From the NCBI GenBank assembly GCA_008632985.1, contig QPGO01000029.1, positions 1-64,000 of the forward strand: a stretch of 64,000 nucleotides of DNA, written 5' to 3'. Position numbers and translations under genes: made by a program. This document shows, piece after piece, positions 37,211 through 51,100 of the stretch. How positions within the stretch are numbered: the stretch's first letter is position 1; each line of letters starts with the position of its first letter. The notes under the pieces are model-generated. The model was not told the DNA's origin. It did no database searches and saw only the letters and a program-made list of their open reading frames with translations. This stretch comes from Psammoneis japonica (lineage: Eukaryota).

Positions 37211-37738
37211 GTTTACAGTGCTTTTTTTGAAACTTTCGTAAGGTTGTTGAGTTGTCAATTAGTAAATGCAATAGAGGTAAGTCGATGATAAAGAAGCTGA
37301 ATCCCATTGTCCCATTGAGGAGTGCTGGGTCGCGCGCGCGGATGGCTGGAGTGGTAGTCCCTGGTTTGGTCGACGTACAGACACACTGTATTGTTCATTC
37401 TTTAGACCTAAATATTTTGTATTTATTTTAACTACTACTACCGGTACAGCATGCGTTGAACGCACTTATAGGTATTAATACTTGAATAAAAGATTAAACA
37501 TATTCTATTTCTACAACTCTGAACATTTTCAATTTGATGCTCGCCTCCACTCACAATTTCGTTTCAAAGGCAAACATAAAGCCAACAGCGGTGCACCTCA
37601 ATGAAGCAAAGACGACCGAGCGCTTTCTTTATTTGTACATCGTTTACAGCGCAGCGCTCTCACACAGCTGACCAATCATCGACGAAGACCGCTGGGACTT
37701 GAGGGTGTCGCTTTGGTTTGTTGACCTTTCATCTGCCC

Positions 37739-39884
37739 ATGGATCGTTATTCCAAAGCAATCCGAGTCGACGGTAAAGGCAGTCCGACCAGCGTCTCTGG
37801 CTTTGACTCCCATGTTTCTCGAGTACAAGACCAGCGTCATGGAGATGACTTGAATGAATTAGAACTGCCGAACTTGACACCACCTCGCCATGATCTGCAG
37901 CAACGGGACACTCACACAAGTTTTCAAGATAATGAAAGCATAAAATCAAACAATGATACGCACAAGATTCAAAGCCTCCTAGACGAGGCTAAGCAACTTT
38001 CAATGCGGGGACATGAACACCAAGCCATTGACATGTACAATCGAGCCCTCGAAATGGCTCTCAACATTTTGAGCAACATGAGCCCTCGTGCAAGAGGAAG
38101 CAGAGATGCAATGGTGTCAGTGACTGCAGTCATTTACAAGAGACTAGCTATAGAAAACGAAAGAATGGAGGACTACGAAACGGCAATCGAAATGTGTAAT
38201 GACGTTCTCGATTTGCATCACCGCCACGGGTACCGAGAAACTCGTGGTTGTTTCCAACAGGATCTAGAAAGCGTTTCCTCGATGATGCGACGCATCGGAA
38301 GTGCCAGAGACAGTCAAAAGAGACGATCTTGGTTGAAAGAACACGCCGAACACATCTACAACAAGGCAGTCGCAGTTCATGATCCTCGACAAGAGCAAAA
38401 ATGCTTGAGAGACATGCACCACGCTGAGGCAGCTACTGGATTTGGAACGCGCCAGTCTAGGGGAGTCTCATCCTTGTGTTGCAACGACGCTTGTTCAATT
38501 GGGGACGTTAAATCTTGAAATGGAAAATGTTGATGCAGCTCGGGAGCAACTTCACGAGGCTGTCGATACACTGGTTGACTCGCTAGGACCATTTCATCCA
38601 AGGGTCGGTAGTGCCTATCAACTCTTGGGTGCCGCGTATACCAACAACCCAACAGACTTGGACAAGGCCGTGGACTACTACAAGAGAAGTATTGCGGCAT
38701 TTGTTGAATCACTTGGAAAAAATCATGTTGCGGTTGGTCGTACTTTGAATAACATTGCTGCCATTTACATTGAACAAGACAAGTTCGACCTGGCCGTGGA
38801 GACTCTTAGTGATGCGTTAGCCGTCTATGAAGGCTACGATCCAAACGATGAGACTCATTTGGACACTGCCTTTATATGGAAGAATCTGGGGAACGTCTAC
38901 TATCAACAGGAGCTTTGGGAAGTTGCCATTCTATCGTATACTGCCGCCGATGGACATTCAAATGACGCACCAGAACACCACGGTATCACTTGTCAAGAAG
39001 ACGATTCACAGAACGAATGGATGGGAGACGAATGCCTCGCGGATACCCTGGAAAACTAGGTCGGGCCATGGCTGCAGTCGAGAGGAACGATGAAGCAAAG
39101 GAAATTTTCAAATGCGCCTTGAAGATTCGACAAACTGCACTGGAATCCGCGGAAAGTGCCAGCGAGAAACGGGACGCCGAAGCGCACATGGCCTTTACGT
39201 TGCTTTGCCTCGCCAAAGTTTGTGAATCTCTAGAACACCTCACCGAGGCTCTATCGTACTATGGGCACTCTCTGCGACTGGGCCGGTCTGTTGGAAACGT
39301 AATTGATTGTGCCGTGGCACTCACAGGGATCGGTTCGGTTCATGTCAAGGCCGGAGACTTTGACAAAGCGATTGACACACTCCAAGGCGCCCTGAACATA
39401 TTTGAAGGGAGTGGTACGTGCAAAACCATGCTAGGTTGTGTTCAAGAGAGCATCGTATTACTCTTTATATTTGAGTGCTAACCTCTCTTGTCTCTCTTAA
39501 TCAGGTTTACCCCGGGAGCACGAGGCTGTCAAGTATGCCAAGATGAAATACGTGGAAGCCAAATTTTGTAAGAAATCATTTCTTCGACACGTCACCACTG
39601 TTTCAGCACTAAAGAAGCAGTTAGAGACGATTACAGAGCAGCTTGAGGAACAGCAAGAGGAGAATAATAGATTACATCACGAATTACGAGTGAAAGAGAA
39701 GAACGAGGGACCACGCGCATCACCATGTAGATCCGGAACAAAGCAGGCACCGGGCAAAGATACTCCGGAGACCTCTGAGCTGAACAAGAAACTGGCTGGA
39801 CTTGCATTGAGAAACTTCCAAAGGGAGCGTCCGACGAGAATTCCAAAAGTGAGGCGTCAGCAAGATCTCACTGCACTTCTCTAG
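37739..39884 (+). CDS. Tetratricopeptide-repeat (kinesin light chain/nephrocystin-3-like) protein; apparent frameshifts ~38410 and ~39055, intron ~39414-39505
   Basis: SLGESHPCVATTLVQLG, SLGPFHPRVGSAYQLLG, SLGKNHVAVGRTLNNIA TPR motifs. Confidence 0.78.
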
Positions 39885-40525
39885 CAGACTACCTTTGTGA
39901 AAATACATCCAATAATGGATTGCCCGTCAGCGTGGACGAGGGTACGTTGGACTCCAAGAAGCGCTGTCTTCAAATGGTGCACTCCGGTAAGGATGGTTTC
40001 ATTCAAAACATTGACTTTGAGCGATTGTTTCAACGAGAGCTTGCAGAAGACGACACTAACGACGCGGAGGCTACTACCGTCGACAAGGACGCAAAATCAC
40101 AGCCAAATATCGAGGAAGAGGAGCAATCTCTCTCGTCCTTTCTACAACAAGCACGACAAGAAGCCTTGCCGTTGGAGAGAGCCAGAGATTACGACCTGGA
40201 TTCGTTTGGAATCTCGATTGATAAGTCGACATTGTCCTTCTTCTTATCGGCCGGTTCCAGTTCAGTTGACGTGACTAGACATTGAAACATACATTAGAGT
40301 AAAGACGATGCGAGGTGTCATAGTTTCGTCTAATTTGCGTGCGGTGGATTCGGACAGCAACATTTTTCGTGCTTTGTTCCTTCCAGTATCCTAATCTAGA
40401 TTGATGTTGCATGACCGAATAAAAAGATGAGAGATTTCTGAGTGAAGCAAAAAGTAACCGTTCACAAAAGGAGTAGCTTCAGAATGCATCGAGCAAGCCA
40501 CAGAATTTTCATTTGCCGTCAAGAT

Positions 40526-40883
40526 TTACCAACTGGTCCCCCATTCACCACCACTGCCACTACCACTCCCGTCTGTTTGTTCAATCGTTTGATCCACAAC
40601 CAATTCTTGCTCATACATGTCCTCCGTGGGTTCCGAAGAAATCACCTCACCCAGAGCCTCATTAATCTTTTCCGTAACCTTGTGACAATTGTTTCCCCGA
40701 ATACCACGAACCGTCTCTTCCACACGACCGTCGGGGTAAATCTTGAATTCGATTTGCTCCACTCCACCATTGTCATTGTGTAGCTGCGTCGCGGTGCGTT
40801 GCGCAAAAGCGTGGGCGCAAAGGCATGTGCGGTCGAAATGCCAATGGCGAGGCAAATCATTGAGAAATCGGACGACGAAACAT
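40526..40883 (-). CDS. DUF2997 family small protein with plastid-type presequence (frameshifted)
   Basis: IEFKIYPDGRVEETVRGIRGNNCHKVTEKINEALGEVISSEPTEDMY; signal ICLAIGISTAHAFAP in adjacent frame. Confidence 0.75.
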
Positions 40884-41387
40884 GATGGATTTGTTTGGTG
40901 AGAGAGAAATTAAATACAAAGACAGTGATTGCTCGAATGCAGTAAGCTGAAATCCTCTGGCACGCGTCGAGCACACTTTCGAGGCAACAAAATGCCCTGT
41001 CGCAAAACAGAAGAAGCACTCGGCATCTGTTTTTCTCGGCGCCACAGTACATTCCGCGCCATTTTTCCTTCGTTCATTCAATGTCTATCGACATGAATAG
41101 TTTTATTAGTCTGACGTTGGAGCGAAAAATATGATTTAGTGCGTGGCTTGAAGTCGACGTCAGCATGACACGTCGTGAGTGTCATTGTATTTAGGGCACA
41201 AAACATCCATGGTTCAGACACACTCATAAACGCAACGCCACTCGTTTTTACGCGGGAAAAAACGAAGCGCAACGACCGCACCGAGTTCCATTGCTTTCTC
41301 ACGTTTTTGTTGTTTGCCTATTACATACATCTCTTCCTGTTTGTCATCTACCTGTTGTATCCATAAGACCTCATCCTTGGTGTAATC

Positions 41388-42810
41388 ATGGCGTCCATCA
41401 TGGCATCTTCACCGTCGGCCGTAGCAGCCGCGTCCAAGATGATGATTCGCCGTGCTGGAGCAAGGACTGCACTCTGCTCGGTGGGAACCTCATCTGTCTT
41501 GGTGGAGACGAGTAGGAGCACTACGGACTCTCAAGTTCGCTGCTTTTACGTGATGAGTAGCAATCGACAAGAAATATATCGAGTGGTACCGACTGTTCAA
41601 AGTAGTAGGAATTTTTCGTCTGGCGGCAAGCGTGATTTCTACGACGTGCTGGGCGTTCCTCGAGGTGCAGATAAAGCAACCATCAAGAAGGCCTATTTCA
41701 AGCTTGCAAAACAATACCACCCGGATCAAAACAAGGTAAGAAGTTAATATATGAATGGGTGATACGAAGGCTTATTCGGTCATCTAATCTGCTGTTTGTT
41801 TTGTAGGACGACGAAGCGGCGGCGGAGAAATTCAAAGAGTGCACAGAAGCATACGAGATACTTTCGGACGATAAGCAGCGGGAGCTTTACGATCAATTCG
41901 GACATGCCGGTGTGGATCCCAACAGTGGCTTTCAACAGGGTGGAAATCCCTTTCAGGGAGGTGGAAATCCGTTTCAGGGATTTGACTTTGGCGGCGGAAG
42001 CTTTCATTTTTCGTCCAGCGGAGGACCGGGTAGCGAAATTGATGCGGAGGAATTGTTTGATGCCTTTTTTGGCGGTGGTCGACGACGGCCGCGGGGACCA
42101 CGGCGTGGAGCGGATCTTCAAATGCATGTGCGCTTAAATTTTAAAGAAGCCGTCTTTGGGACGTCCAAGGATTTGCATTTGCGCTATCAAGTTGTCGATA
42201 GCAACACTGGCGAGGCGTCGGTGAAAGAGCGCGATGTTACTGTAGAGATACCAGCTGGTATTGAAAATGGAATGAACCTGCGATTGCAAGGGCAGGAGCA
42301 GAGGGTGATCCAGGAGCACCCAAAGGGAACTTGTTTGTGCAGGTGGTTGTCGATGACGATGAGTACTTTGTTCGTGATGGAGTTGATGTACACACCGAGG
42401 TGCCGATTAGTCTGACGCAGGCTGTGCTGGGCGGAACCGTGGATGTCAAAACGCTTACGGGTGAGGTGGAAATGAAAATTCCAAAGGGATGTCAGGTTGA
42501 GAGCAAGTTGATGCTTCGTGGAAAGGGTATAACGAGACTGCACGGCTCCACGAAAGGAAACCATATTGTTCACCTAAAGATTGAGATACCAAAGAAAATT
42601 ACAGAACGACAAGAGGAGTTGCTCCGGGAATTCGATGAAGAAGCAAAAGCCAGCGGATTAGGAATCTCTGGTCGGTTGTCCAAGGCGGCGAGCTCCGCGT
42701 TTGAAACAATCTTTGGCAAGAAACACAAAGAGAAGAAACAAAAAGAGAAAGAAGACGATCACCACGACGACGACGACGAGATAGAAAAGAAGCAGGCTGC
42801 ACAAGGATAG
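41388..42810 (+). CDS. dnaJ: Mitochondrial-type DnaJ/Hsp40 (J domain, G/F region, DnaJ C-terminal domain); intron 41735-41806, indel ~42295
   Basis: [30 protein letters not shown] repeats; [35 protein letters not shown]. Confidence 0.9.
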
Positions 42811-43148
42811 TAGGACAGAAGGTGCGCAGATTAGCAAGACTTTAAATGTAAAAATGAGACCAACCTTTTTGGATGATGCTTGTACGGTACGAGTACGTTG
42901 AGTGTGAGTCAGACACTCCTCTATCTTCACTTACTTCCTATACAGACGAGATTACGCACCGCATCGCAGAAGCAAATAGCATGAAGAAAGCGATCCGCCA
43001 ACTCTAGGCGCGTCTACGGTTTTACAAAAAAGCACAGGCTAGTTCATGCCTACTGACATGGCTAGATTGAAAACTTAGCTATGTGTATCTACCCGGCCCC
43101 ATCTTCCACAAGTCTACCAGTGACTTTCGAGAAACCCGAAAGCCTGGT

Positions 43149-44119
43149 CTACTTTCGTAACGATCGAATCACCCAAGGATGGTTCGGGATACTCTTGAGG
43201 GACATGCGCTTCCGAGGGTCTTTCTGAAGCAACCTTCTGATGAGATCTTGTGCGTCTTCAGCAACACCATAGGGGAATTTAAGGTCGACGCGGGAGATTC
43301 TTCTGTAAGTAGCCGTGTGCCCTTCAGCCTCGAATGGTGGGTTGCCTACAAGAAACTCATAAAGGAGTACCCCAAGACTCCAAACATCCACCTGTTCGTC
43401 GTGCTCCCGTCCTTCCACCATTTCGGGTGGCAAATAGTCGAGTGTTCCGCAGAGGGTGTTTCTGCGCGACGTTGGTGCATGAACCGACCACCCAAAGTCC
43501 GCAATCTTGATTTCTCCGTGGGGACCAATGAGAAGATTCTCTGGCTTGATGTCTCTATGAATAATATGCTTGGAGTGACAGTAGTCCAGTGCTCGAGACA
43601 AGTCGGCAATGTATTGTGCCGAGGTCTTTTCGCTGAAGCGTCCCCGGTTCGTGAGCTTCTTGTACAGTTCTCCTCCGGTGGATATTCGAGGATAAGATAG
43701 ATCCTCTTTGAATCAAAGAAGTATCCGTACATGCGTAGAATGTTGCGATGACGTAGATGGCTCTGAATTTCAATCTCCCGGCGAAGCTGATGCTCGACTC
43801 CAGCTTTGAGCAGTTGCGACTTTTCTAGGACCTTTATCGCAACAATAAACTTGGTACGCCTCTCTCGAGCGAGATACACAGATCCGAACTTTCCTCTTCC
43901 AAGAGGCTTACCAATCTCAAAGTCATTGAGGCACCAATGGTTGCCGTTCTGAGCGTTTTTCTTCTTCACAGCAGCCGCAGACGTGTCGCGGATGTTGGCC
44001 TCGCGTTGCGTAAGGGGGAGACCCTTACTGACAACAGGCAGCGTCCGCTTGATTCCCAACTTTATGTCATCGGTGTCATTCTCTTTGTTCCGTGTATCCG
44101 ACATGGTTGAAGCCATCAT
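43149..44119 (-). CDS. AURK: Aurora kinase (1-nt indel near 43680)
   Basis: [76 protein letters not shown]. Confidence 0.95.
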
Positions 44120-44507
44120 TGTTGTTGCTGCTTCGCTGAAGTTTTGCAGCGATTTTGAGCAGATAGAGAGAGGTGCGCTACCCGCAAAAGTCCGTTGGGA
44201 AGGCGCGTTTTCACTATCGACCGGAAAGATCGAATTGATGGCAACGGCAGTTCTTCGCGCGCATTTTAGAGTTCGTCGTTAACGGTCTTTACATACATTT
44301 CCTAAGACATACAAAAAATGTCAATTAATAAGCTACATTTCTGAATACAAATGATATCGATATGTGAACGATTTCAAAAAGCAGTGCCGGAATGCCAATG
44401 AAGAGCGTGAATGAACCTACTGTACCGTACCGCTTGCTCAAGAATCGCCGTATCGTTTTCTTCTGTTTAGTGCGAGCAAAGATCTACAGTAGCTTCATTG
44501 AGAAACA

Positions 44508-45340
44508 ATGGGAGCAGTCCATGGAGTTTATCTGAAGTATGTCGCTCTGACGGCTCTTTCGTATGCTGGCTATGCTTCACTGATGGAGGGTGTGGACCTC
44601 GGGGCGACGACGCGGGTGACATATGAATCGCGTGCTCTTGCTTCTCTAGTACCTGCTGTCGGTAGCTGGATGTCCAACTGGAGGCTTGTTTCGGCATATA
44701 TATTGGGGTATTCAACCTTGGTGAATGGCGTGATATCCGTTTTGTTTCGGTTAGAACGGGGAATGGCTCTCATTGGCAAAGACCCCAAAACAGGTCAAAT
44801 ACCAATGTGGAGTTATGTACTGTTCTTCCCATTTCATCTTCCAACCATGTTGTATACTTATATACACACTCGCCACGGACTACACAAGGCCGACCCCAAA
44901 AAATTGTTCCCGTGGCGTCTGAAGTTCAGCCGGGGTATTGGGTCGGGGGATGTTATGCGTACGAGTTGAATCGCGATTGGGGCGGAGTGATTGATCTCAC
45001 CGTCGAATTTCCAGAAAATTGTATTTCTCGTACAGATTCATACCTCCTCATCAAGACTTGGGATGGTGTACCAGCAACACCGGATCAACTAGAGCAAGCC
45101 GCCAACTTTGCCATTGCGGCGAGAAAGACGGGCGACGTCCTTGTGCACTGCGCTCACGGGCGGGGCCGCAGTACTACCGTAATGTGTGCCTGTTTGGTGA
45201 AAGCTGGTCTTTACGAAACGTGGAAGAAGCTTTTGAAAAAGGCATAAAACCGGGACGTCCTGTCTGCAAACTCAACTCCAAAATGAGACGTGCCCTCACA
45301 GCGTGGCAGAAACAGTATGTTGATGGAAGAAAGGACTGTG
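44508..45340 (+). CDS. Membrane-anchored dual-specificity phosphatase-like protein (indels ~44900 and ~45220; 3' end uncertain)
   Basis: N-terminal TM segments; VIDLTVEFPE; TWDGVP; catalytic VLVHCAHGRGRS. Confidence 0.82.
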
Positions 45341-46007
45341 AAGACTTCATGGTTTCACGGTTTGCTTTCATCGAGACTTTTGGCGGGAAGAATGTGCAAT
45401 TGCTTCTCCAAGCCTCCAATGTATCCGCGACAAGTGTGAAAGCCATGCCAAACGAAAGTTTTCATCGCATTAGCTCTGCAATAATTTTGTTAAACCACAC
45501 AGAACGAAAGAAGTTTTTCATTGGATTGTTTTTGATGAGCCATGGTCACATCAAAAGGACCTTAGTTCTTAGTTTAATTTAGAGCTTCAGGGTGCCAGGG
45601 GGGACGGATGAAGCAACGAGGAAGGATGGATCGATCGACCGGACCGACGGATAAGGTTTGAACGCCTTTCGTAGATCGAAATGTGTGACTCAGCCGCGCG
45701 AGCTCCTCACTTTTTCTTTCGGCCTTCGGCAACTTTCGTCTCGATCATCCGCCCATCAAAAGGAGCGAAGAATGCAATGATGAATCACTCGAAAAAGAAT
45801 ATCGAAAGAATTCTTTTCGAATTCCTATGCGTCATCTTTCTTCGTAGTCGTGTACGTTACGAAACGGATAGCGTTGGAGAGGAACTTCTGCTGATGTCAG
45901 CGGAGACTCATTGTGACGGAATAACCGCGTAATCAGCGGAAAAAACGTCGAACCTCTCTTCTCACAATTTGAATACAAACAGCGTTCGACAAGTCTTACC
46001 TAACAAA

Positions 46008-46805
46008 ATGAAAATCTCCACTGCCTTTGCTCTCGCTACCGTCTCCACTGCTCGGCCTTTGCGCCGAGCAAGGTCAATCCTGCTGGCCCGTCATCTTCAG
46101 CGCTTCACATGTCTGAAATGCCAATGAGAGACGAATGGAAAGGATACTACACTGACTATGACGATAGTCAAGTAATCAAGACTGGCGCCGACCGTGACTT
46201 TGACCCTCTCGGATTTTCACAGACCAACGCAGGCTTGTTCTTCATGCGTGAAGCCGAGATCAAGCATTGCCGCATTGCAATGTAAGCGTCGATCTTGTCG
46301 CATTTTTTGCAAGTCTGGTGTTCGTTATCATTTTTATTATGAACGACTCACTCGGCCTTTCTTTTGCAATCTCCTACTTCATAGGCTCGCGGCTGCCGGT
46401 TGGCCTCTAGCTGAGCTATTCGACCGTCCTCTCGCTGGCCTCATCGGTCAACAGCCTGTTGTCGATGCCATGGACCGGAGCCCCAGTGTCTTGAATGGTG
46501 GACTTGACAAGATCAACCCAATCTACTGGGCCGGCATTCTTGTTGCGGCAAGCGCAATTGACCTTTACCAAATCAACAAGGCCAACTCAGATCCGGAGTA
46601 TTTCCCCGGCAATCTCGGATTCGATCCCTTTCGACTCTACCCCAAGGACGAAGCGGGACAAAAGGAGATGATTGCCAAGGAACTTCGGAACGGACGTCTT
46701 GCAATGATCGCCATTACTGCATTTGCAGCTCAGGAATACGTTACTAACTCGGGCGTCATTGATGAGACTCCATACTTCTTCAAGTTTCTTGGAGGCATGT
46801 TCTAA
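46008..46805 (+). CDS. Chlorophyll a/c light-harvesting complex protein (probably Lhcz-like); intron 46282-46384
   Basis: MKISTAFALATVST..AFAP presequence; DFDPLGF; REAEIKHCRIAMLAAAGWPLAE; GFDPFRL; KELRNGRLAMIA. Confidence 0.92.
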
Positions 46806-48125
46806 AGAAAGTTTGGAGTAACTCCGTACATGATTAGCGGTATTGTAGATATAAAAAGATTAGTTTGCTCTAGAGATATGGAATGTATCACATTATTTTC
46901 AATTTGCTCAAAACTGAGCAGCTCGTCCGTTGTGAAATGATGTTGTGTGTCGTGGACGACATGCAGTATGAGAATTGTTTGTCGTAACAGCACATTCGGT
47001 AGTAACAGGTTCACATGGCTGATTTTTATCTGCAGCGAAGTCTCGCAATTGCATTGGTAGTGCGAATGGGGAACCGGCACTCCAGATTCAAGATGAAAGA
47101 CGTGTAAACAATCCCTGGCGGATCTTGCGAATTGAAAAATGACTTGACAATGTCTTGGATATTTTAGAAACATTTAATAAGTATTCATTCATTAGTCTAA
47201 TATGAGTCATTATGACTTCCTTCTCAATAAGTACATCGAAAAAAGTCATCGCTGATTTCACAGAATTGAAAGTCGCAGCAAAGCACACACAGAACCGTCT
47301 TTGCGCAACGATTGTGTTTTCCTCAGGTAAGAACGACGTCGTTTCCCTGTATCGCTTTCATCTCAGTAGTTTCATGATTATTGTTGTAACATTCGTATTG
47401 TCGGCTGAGTTATGGGAAGCTGTCGGCTGTCGATGTATGGAACAGTGACTTCGGCGCACCGACGTGAGCTCAGCGCGCGTTGTTGATCGTACGGTCATTA
47501 CCGGTGGGCGGGTGGACTGTGGAGACATCCTCTTCTGTTCGTTCGTTGCGTTGTTCCTTTCTGCATTAGGGTTAACTCGGTTTACGTAGCTTTTCGTACA
47601 GTCCTACCTCGTTTTCATTTTATCCCAACAACAATGTTTGTTTTGGGGCGCGTTCTGATGTCTGAAAAGAGTGTGCTGCGTCCGTGTGACAGATTGACTT
47701 TCCAAAAATAATACTCGCATTCTTACGGCATCCGTTGTGAATCATGTTTGTTCTGATGTGAAAATTTGCATTCGTATTCAATTTTCTTCAACAGTGTTTA
47801 TCTTTCAAATGCTTATGTTTTATTCAGAGATGCTTTATGGTTCTGATATTGAGCCTTAAGATCATATAAAGCAAATATCCTCGTAATACTCATCAAGTGC
47901 ACCTCACTTTGTTTTCCCCTCATTGTGACCAGTACGATACCGCGTAGAATTCCACGACAGATCCCAAGAACGTCGACTGTACAGTACAAAACGGTACGTA
48001 GCACGTCGTAGGTCGTAGCGTAAGGGTCGAAGTGAAGGCGCTCGAACGAAAAGAAAAACATACCGTTCGTTGCCTTCGCAGGTCGCAGGGTGTTTTGGTT
48101 GGTGTTGAACTAACTCATTGTGACG

Positions 48126-51100
48126 ATGCACTCCCACCACAGAGGCGGCAGCAACCCGATGAGTTCCTCGCAGCAATTGCAGGAGTTGCAGAAAATGCAG
48201 CGCATGCAACAGCAAATGCAAGCGCAATTACAACAGGCTTCGAGTCAGCAGATGTTAGGATCAAACGGAGGCATGGGGGGTCTGCCAGGCTTATCGCAGA
48301 TGTCTTCCCAGATGGGCTTTGGGAATCAAGGATGGTCTGACCCCAGTAATCAGGGATCCGGAGGATCGCAGCAACATCGCAATTCCATGACAGGGATGAA
48401 CAGTTTTATGATGCAACAGAACAATCCCTCTCAGTCAATGTATTGGAACCCTATGCAGAACAAAGGCTCGGCAGGGTCATCGAACGATGGGGGCATGTCG
48501 AGCTCTTCTATGAAGAATGTTGGAGGAAGCATGATGGATACTTCTATGCAGGGGTTACAAAAAATGGGGGTCGGCGGAAATCAGCAGAATCATCAAATGA
48601 GAGGTCAGATGAACCAGCAAGGTTTTGGAGGAGGCTCCGGTCACGGGCAGGCCGATCTCTCAAACGCAATGTTAGCTTCAGCTAATGCTGTGCTAAATGC
48701 GGGGGGAAACAACGTTTCGGGGGGGATGGGGGGAAATGCTGGAATGATTTCATCAGCGAGCAATAGTAGCGCCCAGCTTCTTCTTCAGCAACAAAACATG
48801 ATTGAGGATCTCAAGCGTCAACTCGAACAACAGCAAAGAAAATCGGGAAGCTCGAATAGCAATGGCATTCCTCAGGCCAGTAGTATGGAGCGTCGCTCGT
48901 CTTCGGGTTCCACCCAGAGTAGTCTCCTTCCCGGTCAACAGCAAGCCTCGATGATGCAAAACCGTGGGTCTTCTTCTTCTTCTCAGATGCTTCAACAGAT
49001 GCGCTCCGGTATGATGCAAGACCAAAGTATGTCGGGTTTAACGGATATGCAGCAGCAACGTCGCAGATCGTCGTTGGGTTCTACAGACCAGAATATGTTC
49101 TCGCTAATGGGATCGCAGAACCCGGGACAACAGATGCGTCGAACAAGCAGCACGGGTGGAAATAGTTTCATGGGTAACGTCTTTGGTGGCCCGGGAGGGG
49201 GAATGGGCGGGACCGGCAATGGCGCAATGCTTGGTGCTAGTATGCCAGGAATGTCACAGCAGCTCCAGCTTTCGCAGATGGCGGGTCTCAGCAACGACCA
49301 GTTCCGGGCTCAACAGCAACTCCTCGGTACAACGGGTATGACTCCAATGAGCCAAGACATGAACGTCCTTAACAAAACAAAGCAACTTCTAATGGGACAA
49401 GACGATAAAAGCTCCGATTCCAAGATAAGTAAAGGAAAGGGTGTGGCAGGTAGTAAAGGCAAAGGCCGCCGAAAGAGTTCGTCAAGCAAATCGAAGAAAG
49501 GCTCCGACAAAGCTGGCGAATCTACCCAGGGTCAACAGTCGTACCTTGATGGTACCTTTGCTGGGGGGTGGCAGTCCAATGTTGACCTCCCTGATCGCCG
49601 ACAGATTATATTCAATATTGTCAAGGTTATCGAGCAGATGAGACCCGATGCGAACAAAATGTCACAAAAGTGAGTGTGTCTCTGTTCTGCTGTTTTCTAT
49701 TTGCGTCGAGTTGTTGGCGGTGGCTTTTTGCTCACTCATATCTCATTGTGCTCTATCAACTCAGGCTTCCAATGATGGCAAAGAGACTCGAGGAGCATCT
49801 TTACCGATCGGCTCAGACGAAAGAAGAATACTTGGACCAGTCGACGTTGAAAAAGCGACTCCAAATGATTGCTCATGGGTTGGAAGTTCATAGGTCAACA
49901 TCATCCGGCTCGAATAAGACGTCCTCGAAAGGCGTTCCTGACATAAAAACAAGCGACAAGCTCTCTTTGGATCAGAAAACACACGGAGACCACGAGTACA
50001 CGAGTGAACAGCAGCTGCAGCAGCAGCTTCAACAACTGGAACAGCTGCAGAAACTCCAAGAACAGCAGAAGTTGTCAGGAGGCCAAGCTATTAACCCGAT
50101 GGGCATGGTCCCTTCTCGTGGCGGCGCTAATCACGATGATTTCTTGAGACAGGGGGGTGTTCCCAATGTGTCCCTTGATAAGCTTCGTCCACAGGACAGC
50201 GTTCGAGACGGCCACGTGCAGTTTTCCGAGTCTCAAGCGCGAGGGGGGTCGAGCAATGCAGGGATTCTGAAGACTGACAGCGCGAAGTACCAAGATTCAA
50301 AGTCCGCCCAGAAAAAGAAAGTGATTCGACAACAGCAGCAAAGGCTTCTTTTGTTGAGGCACGCAAGTAAGTGCACCGCTGGTTCGTCTTGTACGACAAA
50401 GTACTGTGCACAGATGGTTTCTCTTTGGAAACATATGAAGAAATGCAGGGACAAAAAGTGTAAAACGCCTCACTGCTTAAGCAGTCGTTGTGTTCTCAAC
50501 CATTACCGCATATGCAAGGACGAAAAGAAGACGTCAACTTGTGAGGTTTGTGCTCCAGTCATGAAACAAATAAAGCTCCAAAATGAGCAGTCTGATCTAG
50601 AATCACCCCTGGATGTGTTTTCAAGAGATCCAACCGGAGATGCTCAACCCGAAGAAGAAACTCTATCAAGCTCAGCATCAACCCTTAAGCAAGATAACCT
50701 TACTGTCGCCGCCCAGCAAAAGCGTAAACAACTCGAGGAGCTTCAAGCAGCTCAGCAAAAGCTGCAACAGCAGCAACTTCTTTTAAAGCAGCTTCAACAG
50801 CAACAGGCGCAGCTACTGGAACAACAGAGACAGCTTCAGCAACAACAGCAACACGTGCTTCCACAGACGCCACAAGGCCAGCAATTGCAACAGCAAGAAA
50901 TGCTATTGCAGCAGCTACAGCAGCAGTTTCAGCAACAGCAATTACTTCTACAACAAGAAGTCCTTCGCAAGTCACAGAATTCCGAAAATAGCCAGATATC
51001 GAGCTCCGCCTCTCACGGCGGCGAATCTGGAAAGTCGAAGAAGCGAAGAGGGAGTAAGAAAGCCCTTGCAACCGGCAAAGGTAGTCGGAAGCGGTCGGGT

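Noticed and set aside
7145..46100. Frameshifts in about ten genes (CS-SAP, PPR, kinase, TPR, DUF2997, DnaJ, Aurora, phosphatase, LHC) as pseudogenes or programmed frameshifting
   Set aside because: They are single-base losses, often in short homopolymers (e.g. DnaJ cag g[g]a gca), in otherwise conserved genes within a gappy draft; assembly error is the simplest explanation. Read mapping would settle it.
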